From: Bacilli bacterium
GTDB lineage: Bacteria > Bacillota_I > Bacilli_A > RF39 > UBA660
Assembly: GCA_017460175.1 (NCBI GenBank)
Contig: JAFUBO010000005.1
Coordinates: 21,082-85,081 of the forward strand
DNA length: 64,000 nucleotides
Reading direction: 5' to 3'
The position numbers and the translations under genes were made by a program. Below, piece after piece: positions 9,966 through 19,587 of the stretch (positions are counted from its first letter, which is position 1; every line of letters starts with the position of its first letter). The notes beneath the pieces are model-generated. The model saw only the letters and a list, made by a program, of their open reading frames with translations, was not told where the DNA came from and ran no database searches.

Positions 9966-10430
9966 TTGGTGATTATTATTTTAAATTTTAGAGATGATTT
10001 AATTAATCAATATAATGATATAACTTTTAAATATCAAAAGATAAAAGGAAAATATTTAATTATTGAAGATAGTATTGATTATTATTTAATTATGTTGGAA
10101 GTAACAATATATTATTTAAAAAAATATAGTAATTATAATATGATAAAGGAATATCAATTTTCTAAGTATTTAAAATATATATATTTTAATAACAAATATA
10201 AAAGTATTGATTTAAAAAGATTAATTACTAGTAACTATAATTTAAATTTTGAAATAGTAATTGCTTTACTTATTTATCCTGATTATTATTTTGATATTTT
10301 TAATAAAATTGTTAATGGTAATGATTTAATAAGTAATTTAAACAAAATAGTGCTTGATAGTTATAAATATGAGCAATATATAAAAGAGATTAATAGTTAT
10401 TTATCAAAAAAAATAATACTATATTTTTAA
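9966..10430 (+). CDS. hypothetical protein
   Basis: Extremely AT-rich ORF with no motif. Coding status uncertain. Confidence 0.3.
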   Translation: MVIIILNFRDDLINQYNDITFKYQKIKGKYLIIEDSIDYYLIMLEVTIYYLKKYSNYNMIKEYQFSKYLKYIYFNNKYKSIDLKRLITSNYNLNFEIVIALLIYPDYYFDIFNKIVNGNDLISNLNKIVLDSYKYEQYIKEINSYLSKKIILYF

Positions 10431-10435
10431 TAGTA

Positions 10436-10690
10436 TTATTCATCAATATTTTTTACTTCTTTTATTTCTGGTATTTCACTTATAAGTATTTCTTCAATGC
10501 CTTCTTTTATTGTTACATCTATAAATGTACAATCTTTACATGCTCCATCTAATCTCACATATACAATATTGTCTTCATATTTTACAAAGTCAATATTGCC
10601 ACCATCACTGATTATAAAAGGCTTAATTCTATCTATAACAGAAATTATTTTTAATTCAATTTCTTCTTTTGTCATAATATCACCAAGCAA
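10436..10690 (-). CDS. NifU-like Fe-S cluster scaffold domain protein (Nfu/YutI-like)
   Basis: 84 aa. IRP.I..DGGDI.FV......V.V.L.GAC..C is the NifU C-terminal domain signature. Confidence 0.75.
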   Translation of the reverse strand: MLGDIMTKEEIELKIISVIDRIKPFIISDGGNIDFVKYEDNIVYVRLDGACKDCTFIDVTIKEGIEEILISEIPEIKEVKNIDE

Positions 10691-10767
10691 ATTATAACAT
10701 TAAATTTAGTATTTAGTAAACAAATTTTAATATTTGTGGTATAATATTTTGGTCGAGGAGTATTAAT

Positions 10768-11124
10768 ATGAAAAATTATAAGACAGGGGATATAGTTAAG
10801 GGAAAAGTAACAGGTATTGAAGATTATGGTATATTTGTATTAGTGGATCAAAATACAACTGGTTTAATTCATATATCTGAAATTTCTGATGGTTTTGTTA
10901 GGAATGTTGAAGATTATGCTACAATAGGTGATATAATAAGCGCTGAAGTTATTGCTTATGATGAAATTAATGATAAGTTGAAACTAAGTATTAAGAAAAA
11001 TGAATGCAAAGATAATGTTAATAAATTAAATCCAATAAAAGAAACAAAGTCAGGTTTTAATACTTTATCAAAATCACTAGATATTTGGATTAGTCAAAAA
11101 CAGGCAGAAATGTTTAAAAAATAA
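10768..11124 (+). CDS. S1 RNA-binding domain protein (YugI/GSP13-like)
   Basis: GDIVKGKVTGIEDYGIFV.......GLIHISEI is an S1 fold motif. Confidence 0.75.
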   Translation: MKNYKTGDIVKGKVTGIEDYGIFVLVDQNTTGLIHISEISDGFVRNVEDYATIGDIISAEVIAYDEINDKLKLSIKKNECKDNVNKLNPIKETKSGFNTLSKSLDIWISQKQAEMFKK

Positions 11125-11133
11125 AAAAATATT

Positions 11134-11162
11134 GTTGACAAATTAGTCAATAATTGGTATAT
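11134..11162 (+). promoter_or_regulatory. consensus sigma-A promoter of the tRNA operon (TTGACA-17-TATATT)
   Basis: ttgaca at 11134-11139, 17-nt spacer, tatatt at 11157-11162, about 38 nt upstream of tRNA-Val. Confidence 0.6.
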
Positions 11163-11199
11163 TTATTACTGTCAACCGATATATAGGTGGGCTGATTTC

Positions 11200-11276
11200 G
11201 GGCGATTAGCTCAGTTGGTTAGAGCACTTGCCTTACAAGCAAGGGGTCACAGGTTCGAGTCCTGTATCGCCCACCA
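11200..11276 (+). tRNA. tRNA-Val (anticodon TAC)
   Basis: Cloverleaf read by hand: gggcgat acceptor, anticodon loop cttacaa, CCA encoded. Confidence 0.85.
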
Positions 11277-11282
11277 TGATGT

Positions 11283-11358
<76 letters not shown>

Positions 11359-11365
11359 TTTTTTT

Positions 11366-11450
11366 GGAGAGGTAGCGAAGAGGCTAAACGCGACAGACTG
11401 TAAATCTGTTCTCATTGAGTTCGATGGTTCGAATCCATCTCTCTCCACCA
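11366..11450 (+). tRNA. tRNA-Tyr (anticodon GTA)
   Basis: Long variable arm, anticodon loop ctgtaaa, CCA encoded. Confidence 0.8.
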
Positions 11451-11461
11451 CTTATGTTTAT

Positions 11462-11536
11462 TGCCTCGTAGCCAAGTGGTAAGGCATCAGACTTTGACTC
11501 TGACATGCGTTAGTTCGAATCTAACCGAGGCAGCCA
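11462..11536 (+). tRNA. tRNA-Gln (anticodon TTG)
   Basis: tgcctcg/cgaggca acceptor stem, anticodon loop ctttgac, CCA encoded. Confidence 0.75.
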
Positions 11537-11547
11537 TTTATTTATAT

Positions 11548-11623
11548 GATCTGTTAGCTCAGTTGGTAGAGCATTTGACTTTTAATCAAAGGGTCATGAG
11601 TTCGAATCTCATACAGGTCACCA
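11548..11623 (+). tRNA. tRNA-Lys (anticodon TTT)
   Basis: Anticodon loop cttttaa, TpsiC arm ggttcgaatc, CCA encoded. Confidence 0.85.
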
Positions 11624-11629
11624 TTTTGT

Positions 11630-11718
11630 GCCTGAGTGGCGGAATTGGTAGACGCACAGGACTTAAAATCCTGCGAGAATCAACCCTCGTGCCGGTTCAA
11701 GTCCGGCCTTAGGCACCA
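11630..11718 (+). tRNA. tRNA-Leu (anticodon TAA)
   Basis: Long variable arm, anticodon loop cttaaaa, CCA encoded. Confidence 0.8.
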
Positions 11719-11755
11719 TTTTAAAAATTTGCCTATTACTTAGTAATAGGTTTTT

Positions 11756-11848
11756 GGAGGAATACCCAAGTCTGGTTGAAGGGACCGGTCTTGAAAACCG
11801 GGAGGTCGTGCAAGCGGCGCAGGGGTTCGAATCCCTTTTCCTCCGCCA
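11756..11848 (+). tRNA. tRNA-Ser (anticodon TGA)
   Basis: Long variable arm, anticodon loop cttgaaa, CCA encoded. Confidence 0.8.
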
Positions 11849-11863
11849 TTTATTACTTACATC

Positions 11864-11939
<76 letters not shown>

Positions 11940-11947
11940 ATTTGTAT

Positions 11948-12024
11948 GGTTCCTTGGTGCAGCTGGTTAACACGTCTGCCTGTCACGCAGAAGATCGCGG
12001 GTTCGAGTCCCGTAGGAACCGCCA
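11948..12024 (+). tRNA. tRNA-Asp (anticodon GTC)
   Basis: Anticodon loop ctgtcac, CCA encoded. Confidence 0.8.
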
Positions 12025-12028
12025 TTAT

Positions 12029-12104
12029 GGCTTCATAGCTCAGTCGGTAGAGCAAGGGACTGAAAATCCCTGTGTCGCTGGTTCGATTCCCGCTGGAGCC
12101 ACCA
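12029..12104 (+). tRNA. tRNA-Phe (anticodon GAA)
   Basis: Anticodon loop ctgaaaa, CCA encoded. Confidence 0.85.
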
Positions 12105-12154
12105 TTTTATTAGACATATATATACAAATATAAAGTAGCTGAACAACATGTCTT

Positions 12155-12231
12155 GCGCTCGTAGCTCAGTTGGATAGAGTGTTTGGCTACGAACCAAAAG
12201 GTCAGGGGTTCGAATCCCTTCGAGCGCACCA
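12155..12231 (+). tRNA. tRNA-Arg (anticodon ACG)
   Basis: Anticodon loop ctacgaa, CCA encoded. Confidence 0.85.
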
Positions 12232-12234
12232 GTT

Positions 12235-12311
12235 CGGGAAGTGGCTCAACTTGGTAGAGCACTTGGTTTGGGACCAAGGGGTTGCAGGTTCAAATCCTGT
12301 CTTCCCGACCA
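12235..12311 (+). tRNA. tRNA-Pro (anticodon TGG)
   Basis: Anticodon loop tttggga, CCA encoded. Confidence 0.85.
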
Positions 12312-12321
12312 TTTTGTATTT

Positions 12322-12351
12322 AAACTAATCATTTATTGATTAGTTTTTTTA
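12322..12351 (+). terminator. rho-independent terminator closing the tRNA operon
   Basis: aactaatcatttattgattagtt hairpin followed by T7. Confidence 0.65.
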
Positions 12352-12396
12352 TTTAATATTATAGATTTACTTTCATATTATTATATAGGTGAATTT

Positions 12397-13458
12397 ATGA
12401 AAAAAATTAAATTTTATTTTTTGTTTATATTTTTATTAATACCTGTGGTTGTCAATGCAGATAGTGCTAGATCAACAATTGTTATGGATGTTAATTCAGG
12501 AAGAATACTATATCAAAACAATATAAATGAAAAAAGATTAATTGCTTCAATTACAAAGATTATGACTTGTATTATAGTTTTAGAAAATAGTGATATTAAT
12601 GAAGATATAAAAATAGGTGATGAAGTTATTGATTCATATGGGACTAATATTTATATAGAACCTGGTGAAATTATGAAAATAAAGGATTTATTATATGGAT
12701 TAATGCTTAGAAGTGGTAATGATGCTGCTACAACATTAGCTTTTCATACTTTAGGTGAAAAAGAATTTGTTGATAAAATGAATGAGAAGGCTAAAGAATT
12801 GGGTATGAATAATACGATATTTAATAATCCCCATGGATTAGATGAAAAAACAAAAAATTATTCTACAGCTCATGATATGGCATTACTCGCAAAATATGCA
12901 TATAAAAATAATAAATATAGAGAGATTATATCTACTAGAAAATATGTTACTAAATCATCTATTAAAAGTTATGTATGGTATAACAGAATGAGTTTACTTA
13001 CTAATTATAAAAAATGTATAGGTGGTAAAAATGGATATACTCCAAGAGCTGGTAAAACGCTAGTTTCTTATGCTAAAGATAATGATTTAGTATTAACTAT
13101 TATTTCTTTAGGAGATTCCTCTATCTATGAAAATCATGAGGAATTATATGACTATTATTTTAGTAAATATAAAAATTATTTAATAGTAGATAAAAATAGA
13201 TTTAAGATAGATTCATTTTCTAATGATAAAAAGTATTATTTAAATAAATCGTTTAGTTATCCATTAAGAGAAAATGAATTAGATAAAGTACAGACTTTAG
13301 TAAAAATAAATCCGAGTATTGATGAAAATAAGTGTGGATTTATAGAGGTTAAATTAGAAGATGGTATTATTGGTAAAGTATATATATATCAAAAAAATAT
13401 ACAAAAAAAAGAAGAAGTTAACTTCCTCAATAAAATTAAAAAATTAATTATTAGATAA
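12397..13458 (+). CDS. D-alanyl-D-alanine carboxypeptidase (peptidase S11, low-MW PBP)
   Basis: Signal peptide. SxxK active site (ASITKIMT), SGN (LMLRSGNDAA) and KTG-like (GGKNGYT) motifs. Confidence 0.8.
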   Translation: MKKIKFYFLFIFLLIPVVVNADSARSTIVMDVNSGRILYQNNINEKRLIASITKIMTCIIVLENSDINEDIKIGDEVIDSYGTNIYIEPGEIMKIKDLLYGLMLRSGNDAATTLAFHTLGEKEFVDKMNEKAKELGMNNTIFNNPHGLDEKTKNYSTAHDMALLAKYAYKNNKYREIISTRKYVTKSSIKSYVWYNRMSLLTNYKKCIGGKNGYTPRAGKTLVSYAKDNDLVLTIISLGDSSIYENHEELYDYYFSKYKNYLIVDKNRFKIDSFSNDKKYYLNKSFSYPLRENELDKVQTLVKINPSIDENKCGFIEVKLEDGIIGKVYIYQKNIQKKEEVNFLNKIKKLIIR

Positions 13459-14352
13459 TCTATAAAAATTAATAGATGGTCTACAAAATAATCTTATTCC
13501 GGATTTTGATCCTAATCCACTAGTTATATATAATTTTGAATTATTAATTTTATAATAATCTTGATTATATTTTTTAGAACCTTTAAATTGAATTATAGGA
13601 TATTTTATAAATGGTATTCTTATTTCTCCATTGTGTGAATGACCGGCTAAGTATAAATTTGAATTATATGTTCCAGAAATATCTTCTACTGTATCTGGTT
13701 CATGAATTAAAGTTATAGTATATATATCACTTTTATGGTTTTCTTCTTTAAAGTAACTGTATGCTTTTTCAAAATCTTTTTCTTTAGATGAGATTCCTAC
13801 AAGAAGAATAGGGTTATTATCATCTTTGTATATTAAATCATATTCATTTCGTAATACTATAAAATTACTTTGATTAAAAATAGTTGAAATTTTTTCATTA
13901 TCCTCATCACCTAGGATAGCATATTTGCCAAGATTAACTTCTATTTCATTTAATTCATTTATCAGTTTTTCTTGTTCTTTAGAGGATAATTTATAGTTTT
14001 TATCAATTAAGTCACCTGTAAAGACTACAATATCAGGTTTTCTTTTATTTATTATTTTTTTAACTTCTTTTACATTTTTTAAAAACATAGTAGTACCATA
14101 ATGAAGATCACTGAATTGAATTATTTTTAAACCATTTAAAGAATTAGGAATATTATTGTTTTTAATACGATATTCTCTAACACTTATCTTTACTGTTGAA
14201 ATATATGTCGTGTATAAAAAGAATACTGTAAAGAAAATAATTAAAAAAAGTATTGTTTTAATAATTATTTTTATTAAACCTTTTATTTTTTCTTGTTTTT
14301 CTTCTTTAAAAAGTTCTTTGTGTATTTCTTTATTTAATTCTTCTCTGGTCAT
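13444..14352 (-). CDS. membrane-anchored metallophosphoesterase (calcineurin-like, YkuE-like)
   Basis: N-terminal TM. MPE motifs: QFSDLHYG, GDLID, GHSHNG. Confidence 0.75.
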   Translation of the reverse strand: MTREELNKEIHKELFKEEKQEKIKGLIKIIIKTILFLIIFFTVFFLYTTYISTVKISVREYRIKNNNIPNSLNGLKIIQFSDLHYGTTMFLKNVKEVKKIINKRKPDIVVFTGDLIDKNYKLSSKEQEKLINELNEIEVNLGKYAILGDEDNEKISTIFNQSNFIVLRNEYDLIYKDDNNPILLVGISSKEKDFEKAYSYFKEENHKSDIYTITLIHEPDTVEDISGTYNSNLYLAGHSHNGEIRIPFIKYPIIQFKGSKKYNQDYYKINNSKLYITSGLGSKSGIRLFCRPSINFYRLSNN

Positions 14353-14471
14353 ATTATCACCAATTATATTTTATCATATCTTGATGATTAGCTGCGATAT
14401 TTTTATAAAAAGTATGTAAAGTTATTTTTTTTGTGTTATTATATATAAGTAGTTTAGAAAGGAAAATTAAT

Positions 14472-15161
14472 ATGAAAAATAAAATTATATTTATAGTAAG
14501 TATTGTAGTATTAGTTATTTTATTGATAGTTAGTATGATTATTCCACAAAAAGAAAAAATATATAAAGAGGATTTATTAGGTATTAATTATAATGTAGAT
14601 AATAATGAAGGTGAAATAAATTATGATAAGACTAATCCTTTAGTTAGTTTTTATATAAAAAATTATGGATCTATAGTTATAGAACTTTATCCTGATATAG
14701 CGCCTAATACTGTTAATAACTTTATATCATTAGTAAAACAGGGCTTTTATGATAATAATAGTTTTCATAGGTTAGTTCCTGGTTTTGTATTACAAGGTGG
14801 GGATCCTGATGGTAACGGTCAAGGAGGACCTGGGTATACTATAAAAGGAGAATTTACGAATAATGGTTATGAGAATAATCTTAAACATGAAAAATGGGTT
14901 GTATCTATGGCTAGAAGTAATGATTATGATTCAGCAGGGAGTCAATTCTTTATATGTCTAGATGAAGCTAGTAATCTAGATGGAAATTATGCTAGTTTCG
15001 GGCGTGTAATAGATGGATTTGATAATATTAAAAATATTGTAGAGAATGAAGATGTTTCTGATACTTCATCTGGTAAATTAAAGAATAATTTAATAATTAA
15101 AAAAGCAATAGTTGATATGAAAAATTATAATTATGAAGATGTTTTAAAAATAACAAAATAA
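14472..15161 (+). CDS. ppiB: peptidyl-prolyl cis-trans isomerase, cyclophilin type, membrane-anchored
   Basis: FHRLVPGFVLQGGDP and GSQFFI motifs. N-terminal TM anchor. ATG at 14472 follows aaaggaaa. The track begins at a GTG at 14433. Confidence 0.85.
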   Translation: MKNKIIFIVSIVVLVILLIVSMIIPQKEKIYKEDLLGINYNVDNNEGEINYDKTNPLVSFYIKNYGSIVIELYPDIAPNTVNNFISLVKQGFYDNNSFHRLVPGFVLQGGDPDGNGQGGPGYTIKGEFTNNGYENNLKHEKWVVSMARSNDYDSAGSQFFICLDEASNLDGNYASFGRVIDGFDNIKNIVENEDVSDTSSGKLKNNLIIKKAIVDMKNYNYEDVLKITK

Positions 15162-15163
15162 AG

Positions 15164-15184
15164 AGCTTTTTATAAAGCTTTTTT
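15164..15184 (+). terminator. rho-independent terminator after ppiB
   Basis: agcttt-ttat-aaagct hairpin followed by T5. Confidence 0.5.
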
Positions 15185-15209
15185 ATTATGTTTTAAATTT
15201 TTAAAAACT

Positions 15210-15238
15210 TGATTTTTTTACTGTTTTATGGTATAATA
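15210..15238 (+). promoter_or_regulatory. sigma-A promoter TTGATT-17-TATAAT
   Basis: Read directly, upstream of 15287. Confidence 0.45.
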
Positions 15239-15286
15239 TACGCACATTTAGAGATACTAATGGTGACTTTAAATTAGGGGGTTCAA

Positions 15287-15745
15287 ATGAAATATATAAA
15301 GGTAATGTTAGTAGGATTACTAGCTCTTATAGGTGTTGGTTATCGTAGCTTTGCTGCTGAAACGGATACTAATTTAAAAGGCGGTATATACTATGATAAT
15401 ATAGAGTATACTGATAACGTAGTTTTTAATGGTGTTGATGGTGTTAATTTAGATTATAATGCTTCTTTTACAACTCCTGGCGAATATTATGAATTATACT
15501 TTGATATAGTCAACTCTACTAAGTATGATATAGAAATATCCGAATATCTATGTAATGATGATGATAGACATATAGATTATGAATTAGTTTATGAAGATGG
15601 TTCTATGATTAATACTGGTGATATTATAGAAAAAGGTCAATCTAAAAGAATAAAATATAGAGTTTTATATAAAGAAGCTATTAAACAAGAAGAAGATTAT
15701 AAATTTGACACAAGTTTTTCAATATTGTATGAACAAGTAATGTAA
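15287..15745 (+). CDS. secreted protein, distant paralog of the TasA/camelysin-like family in this window (Sec-type signal peptide)
   Basis: Signal peptide with an AxA-like FAA|E cleavage site. The core (TTPGEYYELYFDIVNSTKYDIEI ... YELVYEDGSMINTGDIIEKGQSKRIKYRVLYKE) follows the same pattern as 19588, 20997 and 48987. Confidence 0.45.
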   Translation: MKYIKVMLVGLLALIGVGYRSFAAETDTNLKGGIYYDNIEYTDNVVFNGVDGVNLDYNASFTTPGEYYELYFDIVNSTKYDIEISEYLCNDDDRHIDYELVYEDGSMINTGDIIEKGQSKRIKYRVLYKEAIKQEEDYKFDTSFSILYEQVM

Positions 15746-15761
15746 ATATGTTTTTGTGTTC

Positions 15762-15918
15762 TTGACTTTTCTAAAAAAAAAGATTATAGTTATTTCATAA
15801 GTGTGATGACGGGTGTGGAAAGCCAAGAGCAGTATACTAGTTTAAAGATGATTCGTCTAGAATAAGTAAGGTGGAACCGCGGGGTAACTCGTCCTTACAT
15901 TATTCTAGATTTTTTTGT
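15762..15918 (+). promoter_or_regulatory. promoter (TTGACT-17-TATAGT) plus short T-box riboswitch leader (Gly specifier) with terminator
   Basis: T-box core aaGGTGGaACCGCGg at about 15869-15885. Terminator ctagaataagtaagg / ccttacattattctag followed by T7. The short leader has no visible stem II, as in glyQS leaders. A candidate GGA specifier lies in gtgtGGAaagcc. Confidence 0.6.
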
Positions 15919-15933
15919 TTTAAGGAGGATTTT

Positions 15934-16290
15934 ATGGAAAAAGTATGTTTAAGTGAATTAAATAAGGAAGTACAAGAAAAGATTTTAGGGGCAGGTTATG
16001 ATTTAGGTGAATATGATAATTCAAATAATTGCGTTATATTACCATTTGGAGGACTTGAATCATTAAGATGTTTTGTGGGTGGTATGCAAGATAAAAAGAC
16101 TATCTACGTATGTAATTCAAAAAATTATTATAAAGGAATTATTGATCAAATAAAAGATATGGCTGATAACGGAGTTATAAATATTAGCTTTGGAGAAGAT
16201 ATTATTGTCGAAGATAGTATTGATAATATAATTGCAAGAATGGAGGAAAAGAAAAATGCTAACAATGGAGAAAATAGTAAATTATTGTAA
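15934..16290 (+). CDS. hypothetical 118-aa protein, first gene of the T-box-glyS transcript
   Basis: ATG at 15934, 6 nt after the taaggagg RBS and directly after the T-box terminator. Its 3' end overlaps the glyS start by about 35 nt. No family recognised. Confidence 0.45.
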   Translation: MEKVCLSELNKEVQEKILGAGYDLGEYDNSNNCVILPFGGLESLRCFVGGMQDKKTIYVCNSKNYYKGIIDQIKDMADNGVINISFGEDIIVEDSIDNIIARMEEKKNANNGENSKLL

Positions 16291-17629
16291 GCAATATGGA
16301 TTTATATTTCAAGGATCAGAAATATATGGTGGTCTTTCTAATTCATGGGATTATGGACCGCTTGGAAGAGAATTAAAAGAAAATATAAAAAAAGCTTGGT
16401 GGAAAAAATTTATCCAAGAAGAAAAAAATAGTTATGGATTAGATGCAGCTATTATAATGAATCCAGAAGTTTGGGTGGCATCAGGTCATGTTGCTAGCTT
16501 TGCTGATCCTTTAATAGATTGTAAGAGTTGTAAATCAAGACATCGTGCTGATAAACTAATAGAAGATTTTACAGAAGGAAAAGAAACTGGCGACGGATGG
16601 GCAAATGATAAGTTAGAAAAATATATTAGTGATAATAAGATAGTTTGTCCTAAATGTGGAAAAAGTGATTTTACTGGTATTCGTCAATTTAATTTATTAT
16701 TTGAGACGCATATTGGTGTTACTGAAGATTCAGCATCTAAAGTATATCTAAGAGGAGAAACTGCTCAAGGAATATTTGTTAATTTCAATAATGTTTTAAG
16801 AAGTCAAAGAGCTAAAGTTCCTTTTGGTATAGGTCAAATAGGTAAGGCTTTTAGAAATGAAATTACTCCAGGTAACTTTATTTTTAGAACTCGTGAGTTT
16901 GAACAAATGGAATATGAATTTTTCTGTAAACCTGATACTGATTTAGAGTGGCATGCATATTTTAAACAAAAATGTTTGGATTTCTTAAAAGAAATAGGGA
17001 TAAAAGAAGAAAATTTAAGATATAGAGATCATGCTAAGGAAGAATTAGCTTTCTATAGTAAAGCTACAACTGATATTGAATATAAATACCCAATGGGTTG
17101 GGGAGAATTATGGGGAATAGCTGATAGAACTGATTATGATTTATCTGTTCATCAAGATCATTCTAAAACTGAGTTAAAATACTTAGATCCAGAAACAAAT
17201 GAAAAATATGTTCCTTATGTTATTGAACCTAGTGTTGGTGTTGATAGATTATTATTATCAGTATTATGTGATGCTTATGAGGAAGAAGAAATATCTGATG
17301 GAGATGTAAGAGAAGTTTTACATATTGATTCTAGATTGGCTCCATATAAAGTGTGTGTATTACCTTTAGCTAAGAAGTATCACGGTGATAAGGCTACAGA
17401 AATTTACAATGAACTTTCTAAATACTTTATGACTAGTTATGATGAATCTGGAAGTATTGGAAAACGTTATAGAAGAAATGATGCTATTGGTACTCCATGG
17501 TGTATTACTGTAGATGATGAAACTATAAATAATGGTACTGTTACGGTTAGAGATAGAGATACTATGGAACAAATAACTTTAAAATTAGATGAAGTTGTTA
17601 ATTATGTAGAAGAAAGAATTAAATTTTAA
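16256..17629 (+). CDS. glyQS: glycine--tRNA ligase (dimeric class II, GlyQS type)
   Basis: IV.YCKQ.GF.F.GSEIYGG.....DYGPLG and FRNEITP/FRTREFEQME class II motifs. ATG at 16256 lies 10 nt after ggagg. Confidence 0.9.
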   Translation: MLTMEKIVNYCKQYGFIFQGSEIYGGLSNSWDYGPLGRELKENIKKAWWKKFIQEEKNSYGLDAAIIMNPEVWVASGHVASFADPLIDCKSCKSRHRADKLIEDFTEGKETGDGWANDKLEKYISDNKIVCPKCGKSDFTGIRQFNLLFETHIGVTEDSASKVYLRGETAQGIFVNFNNVLRSQRAKVPFGIGQIGKAFRNEITPGNFIFRTREFEQMEYEFFCKPDTDLEWHAYFKQKCLDFLKEIGIKEENLRYRDHAKEELAFYSKATTDIEYKYPMGWGELWGIADRTDYDLSVHQDHSKTELKYLDPETNEKYVPYVIEPSVGVDRLLLSVLCDAYEEEEISDGDVREVLHIDSRLAPYKVCVLPLAKKYHGDKATEIYNELSKYFMTSYDESGSIGKRYRRNDAIGTPWCITVDDETINNGTVTVRDRDTMEQITLKLDEVVNYVEERIKF

Positions 17630-17633
17630 TTCT

Positions 17634-17657
17634 TTTTTTTTGTCAATTGACAAAAAA
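17634..17657. terminator. palindromic terminator (tttttttgtcaattgacaaaaaa)
   Basis: Perfect palindrome flanked by T-run and A-run. Could function in either direction. Confidence 0.6.
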
Positions 17658-17772
17658 GCAATTAATAATTATTGAAAAAAAGAGCATACTTATAATATAA
17701 TTTCTATATATAGTAGAGGGTTTTTGTTGTGTAATAAAAATTTAAATTATATATAACAAAAAGGGGAATAGT

Positions 17773-18921
17773 ATGAAGTTAAGAAGTTTAAAGAATACAT
17801 TTGTATTGTTGATGTTAACTATTTATGTTGTTTTATATAAATTGTTTATATTTCAAAAATACATGCAGTATTCAGAAATAATAACAGCATCATTTTTAGC
17901 AGTTTTATTAGCAATTTCTATTGCTTTATTAGGATTTAGAAAAGATAAAAATAGTGTGCTTGGAAAGAATGTTTTTAAAATAGTAGTTTTTTATTTAGCA
18001 TTAACTTTTTTGGTAATGTATGGTTTAGGAATGATGGTAGGATTCTTAAAAAATGCGTATTCTAGAGATTTTAGTAGTATATTTGATAATATTTTTTCTC
18101 CAATAATTATAATAATAATGGTTGAGTTTATTAGATATACAGTAATAAATGCTAATAAAGATAAAAAAATTGTAGTTATATTAATTACATTGTTGTTAAT
18201 ACTATTAGAGTTAGTTATAAGTATTCGTAGTTTTGATTTTACTGATTTAGCAGGGTCATTTAATATAACTGCTACTATAATATTGCCATGTATATTTAAG
18301 AATTACTTATTAAGTTATTTTGCATACCATATTGGATACAAAATTCCAATTATGTATAGATTAATAATGGATATATATGTGTTTATAGTTCCATTAATAC
18401 CAAATTTAGGTGATTACGTTAATTCAATGATATCAATATCATTACCAATACTTATTTATATTAGTGTTTTTTCAATGATAGATGATAGAGTTAGTAGATC
18501 AGAACCAATCTTTAATAAAAAGACATTTACTGTTTGGGATATACCAGTAGCTATAGTGCTTATTTCTTTAGTTGCATTAATATCTGGATTTTTCCCACAT
18601 TATATGGTTGGTATAGGAAGTAATTCTATGAGTCCAGTCATTCGTAAAGGTGATGCTGTTATATTAAAAAAAGTAAATGACAAGACAGAATTAAGAAAAG
18701 GTGATATAATAGCATATAGTAATGGTAAATTAATTATAGTACATAGGATAAAACAAATTAACCATGAAGGTAATAAAATTACATATACTATGAAGGGAGA
18801 TGCTAATAATAGCAATGACCCTAGAAATGTATCAAGACAGCAAATAAAAGGTATAGTTAAATTTAGAATACCAGTAATAGCATGGCCAACTGTTTGGTTA
18901 ACTGAATTATTTAATAGTTAG
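17773..18921 (+). CDS. polytopic membrane domain (about 8 TM) fused to a C-terminal S26 type I signal peptidase of the SipW/archaeal-type
   Basis: C-terminal 100 aa carry S26 boxes: GSNSMSPVIRKGD (Ser box SMxP), IVHRI (His box), GDANNSNDP (box E). The N-terminal ~280 aa are eight hydrophobic segments with no recognised family. Confidence 0.7.
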   Translation: MKLRSLKNTFVLLMLTIYVVLYKLFIFQKYMQYSEIITASFLAVLLAISIALLGFRKDKNSVLGKNVFKIVVFYLALTFLVMYGLGMMVGFLKNAYSRDFSSIFDNIFSPIIIIIMVEFIRYTVINANKDKKIVVILITLLLILLELVISIRSFDFTDLAGSFNITATIILPCIFKNYLLSYFAYHIGYKIPIMYRLIMDIYVFIVPLIPNLGDYVNSMISISLPILIYISVFSMIDDRVSRSEPIFNKKTFTVWDIPVAIVLISLVALISGFFPHYMVGIGSNSMSPVIRKGDAVILKKVNDKTELRKGDIIAYSNGKLIIVHRIKQINHEGNKITYTMKGDANNSNDPRNVSRQQIKGIVKFRIPVIAWPTVWLTELFNS

Positions 18922-18931
18922 GAGAGATATA

Positions 18932-19549
18932 ATGAGAGAGAATAATAAGGGGATACTTTTGATTGTTATTGCGATAATTGCAGGGTTAGGTGGATATTTT
19001 TTACTAAATACAGAGTATAAAGGATATAGTATTTTATGTTTTACTGCTGCTGTAATTTTAGTAGGATTTGGAATAAAGTTTATTATAGATGGTCTTAATC
19101 CAGAAAAAGCATATCAAAGTAACATTAAGAATATATTAAATACATTTGATTCTATTTTAGTCAAAAGTAATTCAGTTCCTAAATTAGTAGGGAGAAATAT
19201 TATCATTGTAGAAGATATGGAAGATATGGTTGATGCTCAATTAGAAATAAGAAAACCAATTTGTTATTATAAACAAACTGAATCATGTTCATTTGTTTTA
19301 TTAGACGATAAAGAAGCTTATGTTTATGTTGAAAAATTAAATCCAGATGTAATTTCTCCAGTAGAAATAGAAATAAATGAGATACAATTAAAACAAAAAA
19401 ATACTGATGATATAGATTCTGAAATGTTAAAAGATATAGAGAAAACAACTATTGTTAGATTATCTAATAAAAAAAGTTATAAGGTATCACCAATTAGAAA
19501 AGATCATAAACAAAGAAAAACATCTATTGAAGATGTTGAAATCATATAA
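18932..19549 (+). CDS. two-TM membrane protein with cytoplasmic domain (unknown; possible accessory factor of the SipW/TasA-like locus)
   Basis: Starts 11 nt after the peptidase stop. Two N-terminal TM helices. No family recognised. Confidence 0.5.
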   Translation: MRENNKGILLIVIAIIAGLGGYFLLNTEYKGYSILCFTAAVILVGFGIKFIIDGLNPEKAYQSNIKNILNTFDSILVKSNSVPKLVGRNIIIVEDMEDMVDAQLEIRKPICYYKQTESCSFVLLDDKEAYVYVEKLNPDVISPVEIEINEIQLKQKNTDDIDSEMLKDIEKTTIVRLSNKKSYKVSPIRKDHKQRKTSIEDVEII

Positions 19550-19587
19550 TAATTTTATATTAATTTAAATATAGTAGGAGGGATAAG

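Noticed and set aside
14156-14419. Plus-strand 87-aa ORF
   Set aside because: Antisense to the metallophosphoesterase gene 13444-14352.
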